A DNA stretch of 64,000 bases, from the NCBI GenBank assembly GCA_965240325.2, contig OZ251234.1, positions 1,364,001 to 1,428,000 of the forward strand, in the 5' to 3' direction. Shown here piece after piece: positions 1-12,400 of the stretch (the stretch's first letter is position 1; each line of letters begins with the position of its first letter). Made by a program: the position numbers and the translations under genes. The DNA is from Rebecca billardiae RCC1528. Its lineage: Eukaryota; Protista; Haptophyta. The notes below the pieces were generated by a model that was given only the letters and a program-made list of their open reading frames with translations, searched no databases and was not told where the DNA came from.

Positions 1-2
1 AG

Positions 3-1463
3 CACGACGGCAGCTTCTCCCGAGCCGCCCTCGTCGCGCTGCGCCACCTGAACGCGCGCCCGGCGCCCGTGTACGCCGACGAGCAGCCCGGGCCCGCGCG
101 GAAGAACCCGGCCGGCGTGGAGCAGGCGGGCAGCACCACGTTCGCCCAGGCCTTCCACGCCGCGGTGGAGCGCTCCCGCGCTCTCGACGCGGGCGTGGAC
201 TCGTGTGCGTACGCGTTTGCGCTGATGGCGCACGGCGGCGGCGCCGCCGCCGACAGCGCGGAGACGGGGTTCGGCGACCATCTCGGGATCGGCGCGCTGG
301 CGGCGCACGCGCGCAGGCTGCTGGACGCCGCGCCGCCGCCGCCGAGCGAGACGCTCGCTGAGGCCCTCTGCTCGATGCTCGTGAGCGCGACGCTGGGCGC
401 GCAGGATGCGACGGGCATGCAGCCGGCGACCGACCTGCCCGAGCGAGTCGCCGAGCTGGTCTCGGGGGGCGGGCTCGAGGCGGCCATCGAGCTGCTCGGC
501 GCGCACGCGCGCTCGCAGAAGGTCGCGACGACCCTGTGCGAGCTGATCAGGGTCGTCATGACCGTGTCCCTCGTCGACGCGCCGCGGCGCGCGCTGCGCG
601 CGCGCCGCGAGCAGCTGGAGCGCGCGCTGAGCGCGCGCAGCGTGGCAGGCTCCCCGTTCGGCGGCGTGCGCAGCGCGGCGTCCGAGCTGCTGCAGCGCAC
701 AGGCGGCGGCGCGGCCGGCAGCGGCGCGGCTGGCATCGCCGGCGTCAACGTCCGCTGCTCGCGCTGCCGCAAGGCCGTGCCGAGCTCGCAGATCAAGCGG
801 TGCGCGCGCTGCAAGCAGAACTACTGCTCCGCAGAGTGCCAGAAGGACGACTGGAAGCGCGGCAACCACCGCGAGGAGTGCGCGCGGCGGCAGGGGGTCG
901 GGCCGGCGACGGGCAACGTGGGCGGCGTGCGCGCGAGCGCACTCAGCGCCGCGGGCGAGCGCGTGCTCTGGGAGCGGCTCCCCGCCGTGCTGTGCGCGTG
1001 CCACGCGCGCGGCCTGCGCTTCTCTGACTGCATGGTGATTGTCGTGATCGAGGCGGAGACGAAGGCCTTCCCCGTGACCGCCGAGGAGTTCGAGGCGGAG
1101 CACAGCGGCGCGGGCGGCGAGATCGACGAGGAGAATCGCGCGCACACGCGCGCCATATTCGAGCGCAACCGCGCCGCCGGCCAGGGCACGGCCGTCGTGT
1201 ACGCGCTGAACGACAGCGGCGGGACTGACGGCGGCCGCACGCGCATGCTCAAGACGCTGCCGAGCACGCCCCCGGCCTCGGGCGGCGCGGGCAGTTGGGA
1301 CGCGGTGCAGGAGCAATGCGTGCGCGAGGGGCCTGGTGCGCTCATCTTTGCGCGCGGCGTGCCGACGGGCGCCGCGCTCGACACGCTCCTCCGCCGGCTG
1401 CGCGACGAGGGCATCAGCAGCGCGCTGCTCTCGCGCGAGGACGTCGAGGCACTCGCCAACTAA
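3..1463 (+). CDS. MYND-type zinc finger protein, 5'-partial (frame open to the window edge)
   Basis: MYND signature CSRC...CARC...YCSAECQKDDWKRGNHREEC at ~755-875; no stop codon upstream of 69 in this frame. Confidence 0.8.
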   Translation, partial: HDGSFSRAALVALRHLNARPAPVYADEQPGPARKNPAGVEQAGSTTFAQAFHAAVERSRALDAGVDSCAYAFALMAHGGGAAADSAETGFGDHLGIGALAAHARRLLDAAPPPPSETLAEALCSMLVSATLGAQDATGMQPATDLPERVAELVSGGGLEAAIELLGAHARSQKVATTLCELIRVVMTVSLVDAPRRALRARREQLERALSARSVAGSPFGGVRSAASELLQRTGGGAAGSGAAGIAGVNVRCSRCRKAVPSSQIKRCARCKQNYCSAECQKDDWKRGNHREECARRQGVGPATGNVGGVRASALSAAGERVLWERLPAVLCACHARGLRFSDCMVIVVIEAETKAFPVTAEEFEAEHSGAGGEIDEENRAHTRAIFERNRAAGQGTAVVYALNDSGGTDGGRTRMLKTLPSTPPASGGAGSWDAVQEQCVREGPGALIFARGVPTGAALDTLLRRLRDEGISSALLSREDVEALAN

Positions 1464-1482
1464 CGAGTCCGCCGCCGTTACT

Positions 1483-1527
1483 GTTGCCTGAGCTGTGTGC
1501 GTCTCTTATTATTCTTAGTAAACTGTA
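1483..1527 (-). repeat. Solo terminal-repeat-like motif (TA-CAGTTTACTAAGAAT..AAGAGACGCACACAGCTCAGGCAAC), possible Tc1/mariner end
   Basis: Near-identical copy at 26307-26348 and diverged inverted copy at ~53648-53681; reads TA|CAGT on the minus strand. Confidence 0.5.
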
Positions 1528-1693
1528 CGACTACAACTACTACACATCGGCACTAGCCACAATGATACTCGCTACTACTAATTTCGAGGCTGAGGAATAT
1601 GATATATATATTAACTATAGGTTTACTGCCAGATTAATGATATTTATTTTAATGCCGCTGAGTTCGATCGGCAATCTCGGCGCATCGGGCACG

Positions 1694-1761
1694 ATATATA
1701 TATATATATGTGTGTATAGATAGATAGATCTAGAGAGAGACGGAGACAGAGAGAGAGAGAG

Positions 1762-1837
<76 letters not shown>

Positions 1838-1848
1838 AGAGAGAGAGA
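1694..1848. repeat. (TA)n/(GA)n microsatellite
   Basis: Directly visible. Confidence 0.95.
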
Positions 1849-2042
1849 CCTGCTACTGCATTGCCTGAGCATAGCTGCCAGCAGCCAGCACGGACGACCA
1901 GACACTTGAGTTCGCGCTCTGCAGCACCTCAGCAGCTCGCCAGATCAAGGCCCAGAGCCCTAAGATGATCCCCACGGATGACGACCGAGGCATCACGGTC
2001 CGCAACTGCTAATAAGTGTGGCGGTCGTCAGTTTAACTGAGC

Positions 2043-2081
<39 letters not shown>

Positions 2082-2124
2082 ATCATCATCATCATCACCA
2101 TCATATATATATATATATATATAT
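2043..2124. repeat. (CAT)n + (TA)n microsatellite
   Basis: Directly visible. Confidence 0.95.
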
Positions 2125-2580
2125 GTCTAGCCGTCCTCATGAACGCCGACGCCAACTGCTGGCCGAAGGTGGGCACGCCGGCCTGGCATGTCGATGCCGA
2201 GGCGGCTGCGTGTGTTCCTACTCACGGTGGGATTTACGTGTCCTCATGCCTTGGCGAGCGGCAGCAGATGCGGTGGGCATGCCGCTCGCCGAAAGATGTT
2301 GGTCGGTGCACGCGACGCGCCACCCGCGTGCGAGCCGCCGCCGCCGGCGACGCAGGGCCACGAGCCCGGCTGCAGCCATCTCGCGCGCCCGCGCCTGGCG
2401 AAGCAGCCAGGGGGCGCCGGAAATAGATCTCCGAGGCGACAAAGGCCGGACAGACTGTTTGTCCGGGAGCAGCCCTTTGAGGCGATGGTCTGGTAGAGGG
2501 CGATGTGGCTGATGAGCGGCGCTGGCGCCCGGCGTTCTTGTCGTCCTCTTAGACAATCAGTTATTGTACCAATAACCCCA

Positions 2581-3055
<475 letters not shown>

Positions 3056-3178
3056 CAGTGCGGAATGTGGATCGGCTGTGTCACGACCTGCCTTTATGGT
3101 GGCATTCTGATTTACGGCAACTCCCTGATCCAGACCCGTAGTACTAGTTACTGCATCGGGCGACGGTGTCGGCGGCGG

Positions 3179-4474
3179 CTACGAACGGGAGGACGCCATC
3201 GTACTCCAAGATCTCAACGAATCTTCATCTTCATCGTCGTAGATAGCATCGGCAGATGATGTGCGAGTTGAGTTGCCCACGTCGCGGCAATCGCTTGTTG
3301 CAGCATGCCCGCACTCGTAGGCGTGCATCGCTCGGCGCGCAGAGGTGTCCCGCAGATCAGCGTCGAGTTGCTCGCACACGACGCACTTGCAAGCTTTGCT
3401 GAGCGCATGCGCGACCCTGATTGGTGGGAGCCGCATGGCGGGCTGCGTGTATACCTCCATGGGCAGCTCCTCGCAAGGCGTCATGATGTCCTCGAGACGT
3501 CCTCCGCCTGTGCTGGAAGTAGAGCCCCACGCGCACACGCGGCTGTCGAAATCGTCGCCGACGTAGAAGCCGATCAGCGCCTTCGGGGTGAGGACCGTCA
3601 CCAGATGCGGATCGTTCGTCTCCGGGTCGAGCGGTACGCGCTGCACGACGTATCGCATGACGTCTGCCGGAGCCAGACCGCTCGTGCCCAGGCGGTCACA
3701 ATCGTCGTACTCGCGGGTGGCACGCCAGCCGCGAAAGTACTCGCGATCAACTCCTGTGTCCACGTGCACGGCACTGAGCGTTCGCTCGCCGCCCGCTTCA
3801 ACTTCCCGGGCGATCACGTGTTCCTGCAGCTCACACCAGAGCGCACGCGCCGCGCTCGCGAGCACACTGTTGACGTCATGGCGCGCAAGCCGGAAGAGCT
3901 TGGCATGTGCGAGGAGCACCTCTGCGCGCTGTTCGAGCGCGATATCGAGCTCCGTGCGCGTGTCTCCGGCGTACATCGGCCCCGTGTCGCGCACACTATG
4001 CCTGCCCGCCGCGGCGTCGAACGCAATCAATGCAGTGATGTAGCCGATGCGGTTTGGGCGCAGACGCGAGCCCTCGAACACTTTGGCTTTGCTGCCGGCC
4101 TCGCGCACGTCGCTGAAGAGGTTGTAGCAAACAGTGTCCACGTGCTTGCCAAGGGGCGCAATCTCAGATGCGTCGCTGTACACCATCGCGCGCAGGTGGG
4201 TCACTTGGCGCGGTCCGTCCTGCGCGAAGCTTGCTGGCTGGGTTGTGAGCCAGGCGCGCACATGCCCGAGAAGTTGGCGGTCGTACCACACGGCGGGCAG
4301 CCGGTCACCCTTGAGCGCGTGGACGAGGGCGATCATCTCGCGGACAAGCGGGTCGCGGAAGGAGTCGAGGTAGGCTTGCAGCGGCGCTCTGCTGCCGCTG
4401 CCGCGGCGCGGGTCGGGCGCCGACGCTGGTATCGCGGCTGATGCCGCTCGGGGCGTCGATGCACGCTCGCTCAT
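3179..4474 (-). CDS. Hypothetical protein, 431 aa, intronless, Cys/His cluster near the C-terminus
   Basis: Long ATG-initiated ORF with normal globular composition; CKCVVC...HAYECGH; no family recognised. Confidence 0.55.
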   Translation of the reverse strand: MSERASTPRAASAAIPASAPDPRRGSGSRAPLQAYLDSFRDPLVREMIALVHALKGDRLPAVWYDRQLLGHVRAWLTTQPASFAQDGPRQVTHLRAMVYSDASEIAPLGKHVDTVCYNLFSDVREAGSKAKVFEGSRLRPNRIGYITALIAFDAAAGRHSVRDTGPMYAGDTRTELDIALEQRAEVLLAHAKLFRLARHDVNSVLASAARALWCELQEHVIAREVEAGGERTLSAVHVDTGVDREYFRGWRATREYDDCDRLGTSGLAPADVMRYVVQRVPLDPETNDPHLVTVLTPKALIGFYVGDDFDSRVCAWGSTSSTGGGRLEDIMTPCEELPMEVYTQPAMRLPPIRVAHALSKACKCVVCEQLDADLRDTSARRAMHAYECGHAATSDCRDVGNSTRTSSADAIYDDEDEDSLRSWSTMASSRS

Positions 4475-5046
4475 TGCGCCGGACGATCGTCCAGCCGCTG
4501 GGAGGGTTGGAACTTGGAAGTATTATGCTTCCGGCGGCGGGATGAAGGGGCAGTTCAACCAACACCCTTGGTTTTGGTTCAACCTCGTGAGCCCCAACCG
4601 CGGTTTATTACTATCAGTTTCGCGGCTTCGCGCGGGCGGGCGGACGTAACCGTACTCACTCCTATGGACGATGTATCATACCCCATCCAATGGCGATCAC
4701 ACCATCAAGGGCCGTCATCACTCATAATCTGATGAAGTAGATTCCAATCGCTTCTGTGACGATGATCGAGGAGAATCATCACGACGCGATTACTCATCGT
4801 CATCAATCATCATTCGTCGACATAAGGAATGGTCTGCACATCTGCTACTAGCATAACGCATATACCCGCGATTTGGTATTGCTATATGAGTGTTTTGTTT
4901 GATATTCAGCTGATCGATGATGATGAACATATATGTGCATTCATGACTCGAACCAACAAAGATCATTCTGTGGTTATGGAGGGGCATTCTCTTGATTAGA
5001 AGTACTTTGCCGATGATGGGATTGGCGCGGGTAAAAGGCTCGCCCG

Positions 5047-6918
5047 GTATTGACGGTGCAAGAAAACCTAGAGCCCCGACCGTTACGCGGGTATATTAGG
5101 TCTCAGCGGCATGATGGCCATCCGGCGAAAACAGCGGGGGCCTGGCGGCCTTGTCCCGGTGGGGCTGGTCGAACACAGCGCGTCTAGGACGCGACCGAGA
5201 AGCTTGCCAGGGCCGGCAGACCCGACGACGATGGGACGAGTTGGTCGTTCACTCACGTTCAGCGCTGACTACCCGTATACCGGTATCACCCGTATCATCC
5301 GGTGGCGCGCGCACGGCGCGCGCGCGGCGCAGCAGCGCGGCACCGCACCGCCACCGCGCTCTGCAAGGCCCATCGAGACGCCGGCGAGGCGCGCGTCGAT
5401 GCAGTCGTCGCTGCGCACGGCCGCTCGGGCACACGCACCGCGGATGGCCCACCGGTCTGCAGGCGGTGGCTGCTGCAGGCGCGGGGCGAGCGGCGCAGGG
5501 CACAACCTGCACGGCAGCGTAGACTTGCAGCCGTCGCTGAGCACGGCCCGTTGGGCACGACGTGGTACGAGCGGCTCGCGTTGGTGCGCATGTTGTGTTG
5601 TGCAGCTCGCGCCGGCGGGCACGCACCTCCAGGATGGCGCCGCGCGCCGCGGGCGGCGCGGGTGACGGCTCGAAGGCCGCGCCCGTTGATGACGAGCCAG
5701 CGCTCCGCGTGTAGCGTAGTCAAGTCGGGCATTAGTCGGAGAGGGGGTGGCTTATGGTAGGCTTGTGGTACGAGCTTCTCCATCAGGCCGTTCGTGCACG
5801 TCATCTGATGCCGTTGCGGCTGCTTGATCGCGGCCACGTGCCGCTGGATCTCCGCCAGATCGGCGCAGTACCTCGCGCCGTCGACGATGGCATCTGGCGC
5901 TGGGTTCGGCAGAGGCCCGCGGAGCTGATCCTCGTGCGAGCGCGAGTGCCGGCAGCGTCGTCGAGCCACGCCGGGTGAGCGCCATTCTGCGTGTCGCGCG
6001 CGGCCTTCGCCTCCTGCAGTAGCGCGCTCGTTCGTCATACTCAATCGTGTGTGCCGAGCGCACGCGGCGCGGCGGCGAAAGCACTCGGGCGTCGCGGTTC
6101 CGCCTCGACTTGGGGAGCGGATGGTCGTAGAAAAGCGTCAACAAATAGGTGGGAATCGCAACGACATCCCTATGGCGCGCGCTCAAAAAGGTAACGACAT
6201 GCGTTCTCGATTCCCGAGGCGTGCCTAATCAAAAAACGTTTGAGGCCCCATTCTTCGTATTTCTACTCCGGTATTACTTTGGACAGCAGTACGTCACACC
6301 AATTAAAGGGGGTCGGAGCTGGGTCTCCCAGGCTTTCTCACGAATAAAATCGTTTAAAGCTGTGTTCACCAGAATAAGTCATTCTGGGTCTCCCTGACAC
6401 CATGATACAGGCCCAACACCCCCGGGGACCTGAGCATCACCCTGGGACCTAATATTGCAGTCAGTGAAGTTGGGTGGGTCACTCTCGACGACGGCACGCG
6501 GACGGTCGTGATGCACGCGGGACAGCACATCAGGGGCACTCGGTGCACTAGCGAGGGTGGCATACGATGTCATCCCGACGTATGCATCCGTAGTATACTT
6601 GCCCGGCCCCAGGCGCCCTGTCATCCGGCACAATGTCAGGTGCGTGGGCTTCACGCGGTCGTGATCGCGGGGTTCAACATGCTGTTCCGAACGAGCGCAC
6701 GCACGCGCGCCGGCGCGAGGCGAGCGAGAGGAATGCACCCCTCGCGTGCTCGCGCGGGCAAACGCACTTCACGAGCATCCCACAGGCGCCAAGAACTTCC
6801 TCCGATGGCGATGCGCAAGCCGCTAGCCCCCACAAGCGCGGGGCGAACCACGCCGCAGGGCGGTGTCGCCGCTTCCCGCGCTGGGCCGGGGCTCTAGGTG
6901 TTCTTGCAACGTCAATAC
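5047..6918. mobile_element. Degenerate TIR element (~1.9 kb)
   Basis: GTATTGACGGTGCAAGAAAACCTAGAGCCCCG (5047-5078) is inverted at 6887-6918 with 2 mismatches; no TSD found. Confidence 0.55.
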
Positions 6919-7271
6919 TCATTCTATGATTTACTCACCCGTCGTCGTACCGTCATCGCGTTGCGCGCGCTCCTTCATTTGGGAAGGATCGCAGCGAGTT
7001 TAATTGACACTTTCAAATTAAGTCCACCCGCGACCGCCCCGGCCGTTCCATGCGAGCCGCGCAGCGCAGGTGGATCGCGCTTCAGCAGCTCAAGGCCGGC
7101 AGTGCCGCGCTCCGGCAAGCCATTCGATTCGATCGCGGTGCAGGCTGTGCTCTGCTGCGCCACCAACGCCGACTAAGTTAGTCGACGATCGGGCACTGCC
7201 GCAGCAAGTGACGAGTCATATGATTGAATTATATAAATAATAACGATATATGTATGTACATACGAGCCGAC

Positions 7272-8974
7272 GTCAGTTGTATTGCCGCTTTGGATAGTGT
7301 GGTCAGTGGTATTGCCAAAAGCACGTTTTGACTACAGTGGTCAGTTGTATTGCCGTTTTCAGTAGTATGGGTCAAGAATATTGCCGCTTTCGGATCGTGT
7401 GTCAACAATATTGCCCCTCAAATACTGGTTTCAAACCAATGATCCTTTCACACTACTTGGTTCACGAATATTGCCGTTTTCGAGCTGGAACATAGTCTGC
7501 TCAGAAATATATTGCCCTTTCCATCACTATGTGTCAGTTGTATTGCCGCCAGCAGCTGGTGGCTGGGGCACGACTCGCACTCAGACAAGAGACTCGCGCA
7601 GCCCGTGTGCGCGTGCGTGCAGAGCTGCGACTGCCTGCGCGCGGCATGCAGGATACGCGACTGCAACCAACCGACATGCCATCATCATGCGGCCTGCGTA
7701 GCTCATCTTGACTTCCAGTAGCAGTCGGCGCTTCCCGCGTCGCCGTCGCGCTTGCCGCCCGCCGGCGGCCGGCCGCCAGCGCCATCGGGACTGCTGCTAC
7801 TTCAGCGGCCACGTGAGCCGCATCGCGTCCCATGCCGCTGCACGCGCCGCCTCAAGCTGTGACCACGCTCGCCAAGCCTGCCACTCGGGTTCCAGCAGCA
7901 GCAGGAAGCGTCGCCTGCCCCTCCTGCTTGCTGGCTCGTCGAGGCGCGCGCGGCGCACCGCCCGCCGGTCGGTGCGTTGTGTCCCAGCTGGCAGTACGCC
8001 TTGGACTTCCTCCTCCACGGGCCAATCAGCCTGCGTTGACGAGTGCGACTGGCGCACGGTCAGCCACCTGCACACGGTTGGCCACAGGGCAGTCTGCTGT
8101 TGGAGTGATGACAATCGCAAAAAGGCACGCGCCAGCAGTGTTGCACGAGCGAGAGCGACGCGCGCTGGTTGATCGCCACGGTGTGAATGACAGTCGATGG
8201 CAGGCAGTGAGGGGGACGCGCGTCGCGTTGGTCAAGCTCCTTGAGGCCGTTGAAGAGCACACGCCCGTCGTGCACGTTCGACTCCCGCGAATCGGGGCGC
8301 AGCAACACACGCTCACCCTGCTTCACGCATGCACCTGCATGCGCTGCCGTCGCAATGTCATCGACTGCGCGCTTGACGGTCCCGGAGTCGAAGTGAGCAC
8401 GGAGCAATGCCGATTCGATAGAAGTCGCGACGGATTCTCGCCCGTCTCCGCGTAGACGGCGAGTAGCCCGAGGTGCACGCGCGTGTTGCACTGCGCGCGC
8501 ATGCGGCAGCGTTTGTGCAGATTCCGGTCCACGGTTCAGGTCGTCGTTCGGCTTGATGATGTCGAGGAACACGGCGCTACCCCAGCAGAGATCGTCGTCG
8601 TTGAACCTCACTCTTCTGGCCTGGGATCAGCTAGGCCTGCTCAAGGGCACGCCGCGCACGCCGGCGGCGCGTGCCAGGCGCCAGCGCCATCATCAGCGCG
8701 TCGGCGATCGCGGCAATAAAACGGCAACACAACTGTCCGCGTAGTGTGGGTCTGACCCACACTACGCGACGGCAATACAGCTGGACAATAAAGTATTGGG
8801 GCATCCACGGCAATACTCCAATACACCTGACACAAGTATTCGACGTTGGCAACACGATTGACACGTGATTCCCAAACATGGAAAACGGCAATACAACTGA
8901 CCACGGTAGTCAAAACGTGCGTTTGGCAATAATACACCTGACCAAACTTATTTCCAAAACGGCAATACAGCTGA

Positions 8975-8975
<1 letters not shown>
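7272..8975. mobile_element. Non-autonomous DNA transposon with long TIRs built from arrayed GTCAGTTGTATTGCC-like motifs (MULE/foldback-like)
   Basis: ~8 motif copies at 7272-7547 and inverted copies at ~8770-8975; outer ~90 bp align as TIRs; broken internal minus-strand ORFs. Confidence 0.7.

Positions 8976-8977
<2 letters not shown>

Positions 8978-9050
<73 letters not shown>
8978..9050. repeat. (CT)n microsatellite
   Basis: Directly visible. Confidence 0.95.
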
Positions 9051-9058
<8 letters not shown>

Positions 9059-9427
9059 AAGTGACTGCGTGCCGCCGCCGACGAATCAGGACTCAGGACT
9101 CTCAGGAGACCTGCGTCGTCAGTCCCACCACTTGACCAATGCCAATGGCGCCACCGTGCCGGCTGCCCGTGACCTGGTCGGAAGGCGCGGACGCATTCTA
9201 TGTGCGATGTCTGCTGCACTAGCTCTGAGCCTGACGCGCTTGCCCGTTTAATCTAATAATAACGACCGTTGCATACGTCGAATACCATTGCCACTGTCGT
9301 TAAATAGTCAAGCAGTCAAAGTGGCGTAGTGTCAGTAACCCCACCGCAATCGTGATGCAGCGGGCAGGGCCACCAGGCGGCGGCCACGGATTCGTGACGA
9401 CGCGGCCTGGGGCGCTCGGCGCGCTGC

Positions 9428-12400
9428 CTAGTAGGTCCCAATGCAGCCAGGCTTGCGGCAGAGGCAGCGGACGTTCGCTGTGCTGTCGTCGTCGTCGTCA
9501 TCATCGGCCACCGGACGGCGGCGCCGCCTGGCGACGCCAACGTTCATGGTATCGCGCTTGTACCCGAGCTCCTCGCCCCTGCGGATGTCAGTCGTGGCCA
9601 CGAGCGTCGGGAACGGCGGCTTGGGGAAGCTCCGCAGCGGCGTCGGCCCCATGTGCCCCGTGAGCTTGAGGTTGGGCTGGCACGAGAAGTTGATGAAGCC
9701 GCCGACGTTGCGGAAGCGCTCGCCGTCGATCAGCAGCGCGCTCGGCTTGGTTCGTCCGCTGTGCTCCATCAGGTACATGCCGTACCCGTCCTGCTCGGCC
9801 ACGCGCCTGTCCGCCTCCGCGTTGCTGATGACTTCGCCCGCGTAGCAGCAGACGGTCGTCCCTTTGGGGATGGGCTCGAGCGCGCGCACGCCAAAGCCGC
9901 GCGCGTCGCCCGTGTCGAACACCTCGACGCGCGCGCCGAGCGGGATGAACGCGCCGCCCTCGTGGTCACCGAGCGTGGCGGCCTGCGCGAGCGCGCTCTT
10001 CGCCGTCTTGGTCGCCTGCGCGAGCTTTGGCACGTGTGCCGTGGCGAGCGGCCGCCGCACGTATGCGAACGATCGCAGCCGGCGCTCGAGCTCTGAGCCG
10101 GCGCGAACGCCGACGACAGGCACGGGAAAGCGCTCCGCCCCCGCCGAGAGGTCGGCGAGCTCGTACGAGAGGAACACGCCGAGCGGTGCCTCGGGCTGCA
10201 GCCCGCGCGAGAAGATGTCGAGGACGCGCGCGCACGCCGCACCGCGCGCATCGCTCGGCAGCTCGCGCGCGAGTGCGCGGAGCGCGTCGAGGCGCGGCGG
10301 CGGCTGGTGGCGGTGGAGCAGCAGCAGCAGGACGTCAGGCGCGGCCTTGCGCGCGGCCCACTCCAGCATCGACGGCAGCTGCAGCGCGGCCATCTCCGCG
10401 CAGTAGTGCCGCACCGCGCACGCGAAGACGTGCAGATCGGAGCTCGTGCGCTGCAGGGCGAGGCGCGGCGGCGGCGAGCCCGCGTCCGGGCACGCGTCGC
10501 GTGCCCCCTCGTGCTCGGCCGCGTCGTCCGCTTCCTCCGGCGGCGCCGGGCCGGCGTGCAGCTGCTCGGCGTTCTCGAGCTCGCACAGGCAGATCTCGAC
10601 CATCTGCACGTCGTTCTGCCCGACGGCGGCGTGCAGCGCGGTGGGCGGCGCGTCGGGCTCCGCCGGGTCGGGCTCGACCACGCAGTGCGGCGAGACCCCC
10701 GACATGAGCAGCTCGAGGGCGGCCGGCCGGTCGCGCGCGCGCACGGCGCGCAGCAGCTTGGAGCCGTCGAGCGCGTCCTCGTCGTCCGAGTCCTCGCCAC
10801 CGGGCACGTGCTGCGCGCAGAAGTAGAAGAAGCGCCAGTCCTCGCCACGCCGCCGCGAGATCTTGGTGAAGCCCTTGCGCAGCCGCGCGCACGGCACGTG
10901 CACGCGCTCGCGGCATCCGTCACGGTCGCAGAACCGCGTGCAGCCGCGAGCGTCGCGGCAGATGGCGCATGCGGGCCGGGCCGCGCTCTCCTTGAGCGCC
11001 TCGCGCACGCCCTGTGCGCGCGCGGCGTCCTCGTCCTCCGCCGCGAGCACGTGGGTCGGCTTGAGCTCGAACGCACACATCAGGTGGGCGTACGGGAGCG
11101 CGCCGCCCCCCGCGCCGCCTGCGCTCGGCTGGGCGACGCCGAGCGTGATCTCGGACTCGTGCACGCGCGCGAGCGCGCCGCCCGGCAGCGGGCACAGCGC
11201 GCACAGCCGCTCGGCGCGCGCGCTGCCTGGGGTCCGCTCGGGCACGCCCGGCGTGTCCAGCGCGTCCTTGCACGGCGCGCAGTACCAGTGCTCGCGGGGC
11301 ACGGCGCGGATGCCGTAGCAGTGCTGGTGCACGCACACGCCGCAGCCGTGGCACATGACCAGCGCGTTGCCGCGGTAGCTCTTGTCATCGAGGCAGACCG
11401 AGCACGCCATCGCACTCTCCTCGTGCTCGTCCGGCATGAAGTGCCACGACACGAGCCGCCGCGGATGGATCGGGGGCACCGCGAGCGCGGCTGCAGCCCA
11501 GGGCGCTCCGGGTGCGCCGCCAGCCGGCGCCGCCGCGCCGCTCGCCAGCAGTGCCAGCGCGCTGCCGCCGGCGCCCCGGCCGCGCCCGCGGCCCCGGCCG
11601 AGGCCCCGACCGCGGCCCCGACCGCCGTATCCGCCGCGCCCGCCCGCCGCGGCGGCCGCCTCGTCGCGCGGCGCGTGCTGGTGGCCCGCCGCGCCCGCGC
11701 CTGCCCCGCCATCCGGCGCCCCGCGCGGCAGCGCCTCGTCGCCGTCCAGCGGGGGCGGCTCTTCGAGCTCGGTGCGCCAGCGCGACTCGACGAGGTCGTT
11801 GCCAAACTGCACGAGCGCCTGCGCCGCGCGCGCCTCCGTGTCGAACACGCCGAGGCAGTGCACGGTGCCGTCGCCGCGCTGCGCCCACGAGCAGAAGCCG
11901 CGCCCGTCGGCACACGCGTGCACGGCGCCGCTGTGCCGCGCCTCGGTGCGCGGCGTGGGCCGCGGCGGCTGCGTGACGCGTGCGACGGCCTGCTGCGGGC
12001 TCAGCTTGACGCCCTCCTCCTCGTACGCAAACACCGCCTGCGCGGCGCTCTCCTGCGTGGGGAAGCGGCCCACATATATCTTGTGGTGCCGCCCCGCCTT
12101 GGCACGCCACGGCAGGTGCGGCGGCAGATCGGCGGCATCCTGCGACCAGTGCACGCCCTTGTACTGCGAGGAGTAGCCGAGCTCGCGCTTGTTCCGAGCG
12201 CACACGGCGCGCTGCGCGTCGAGCTCGGCCGGACTCAGCCGGATGTCGAGGGGCGCAGCCGGCGGCTCCGACTCATCGGCCGAGTTGTACTCGTCCATCT
12301 CGCCCGCGCCGCAGAAGGACGGCCCGTTGTACGGGTCCGCCTCCTGCTCCACCTCGGCCGCACAGACGGCGGACGCAGCGACGGGCGCGCCCGAGCTGGG

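Noticed and set aside
7272-7547. CRISPR-like repeat/spacer appearance
   Set aside because: Repeats are ~15 bp and degenerate, mirrored at the other end as a TIR, with no cas genes and a eukaryotic context
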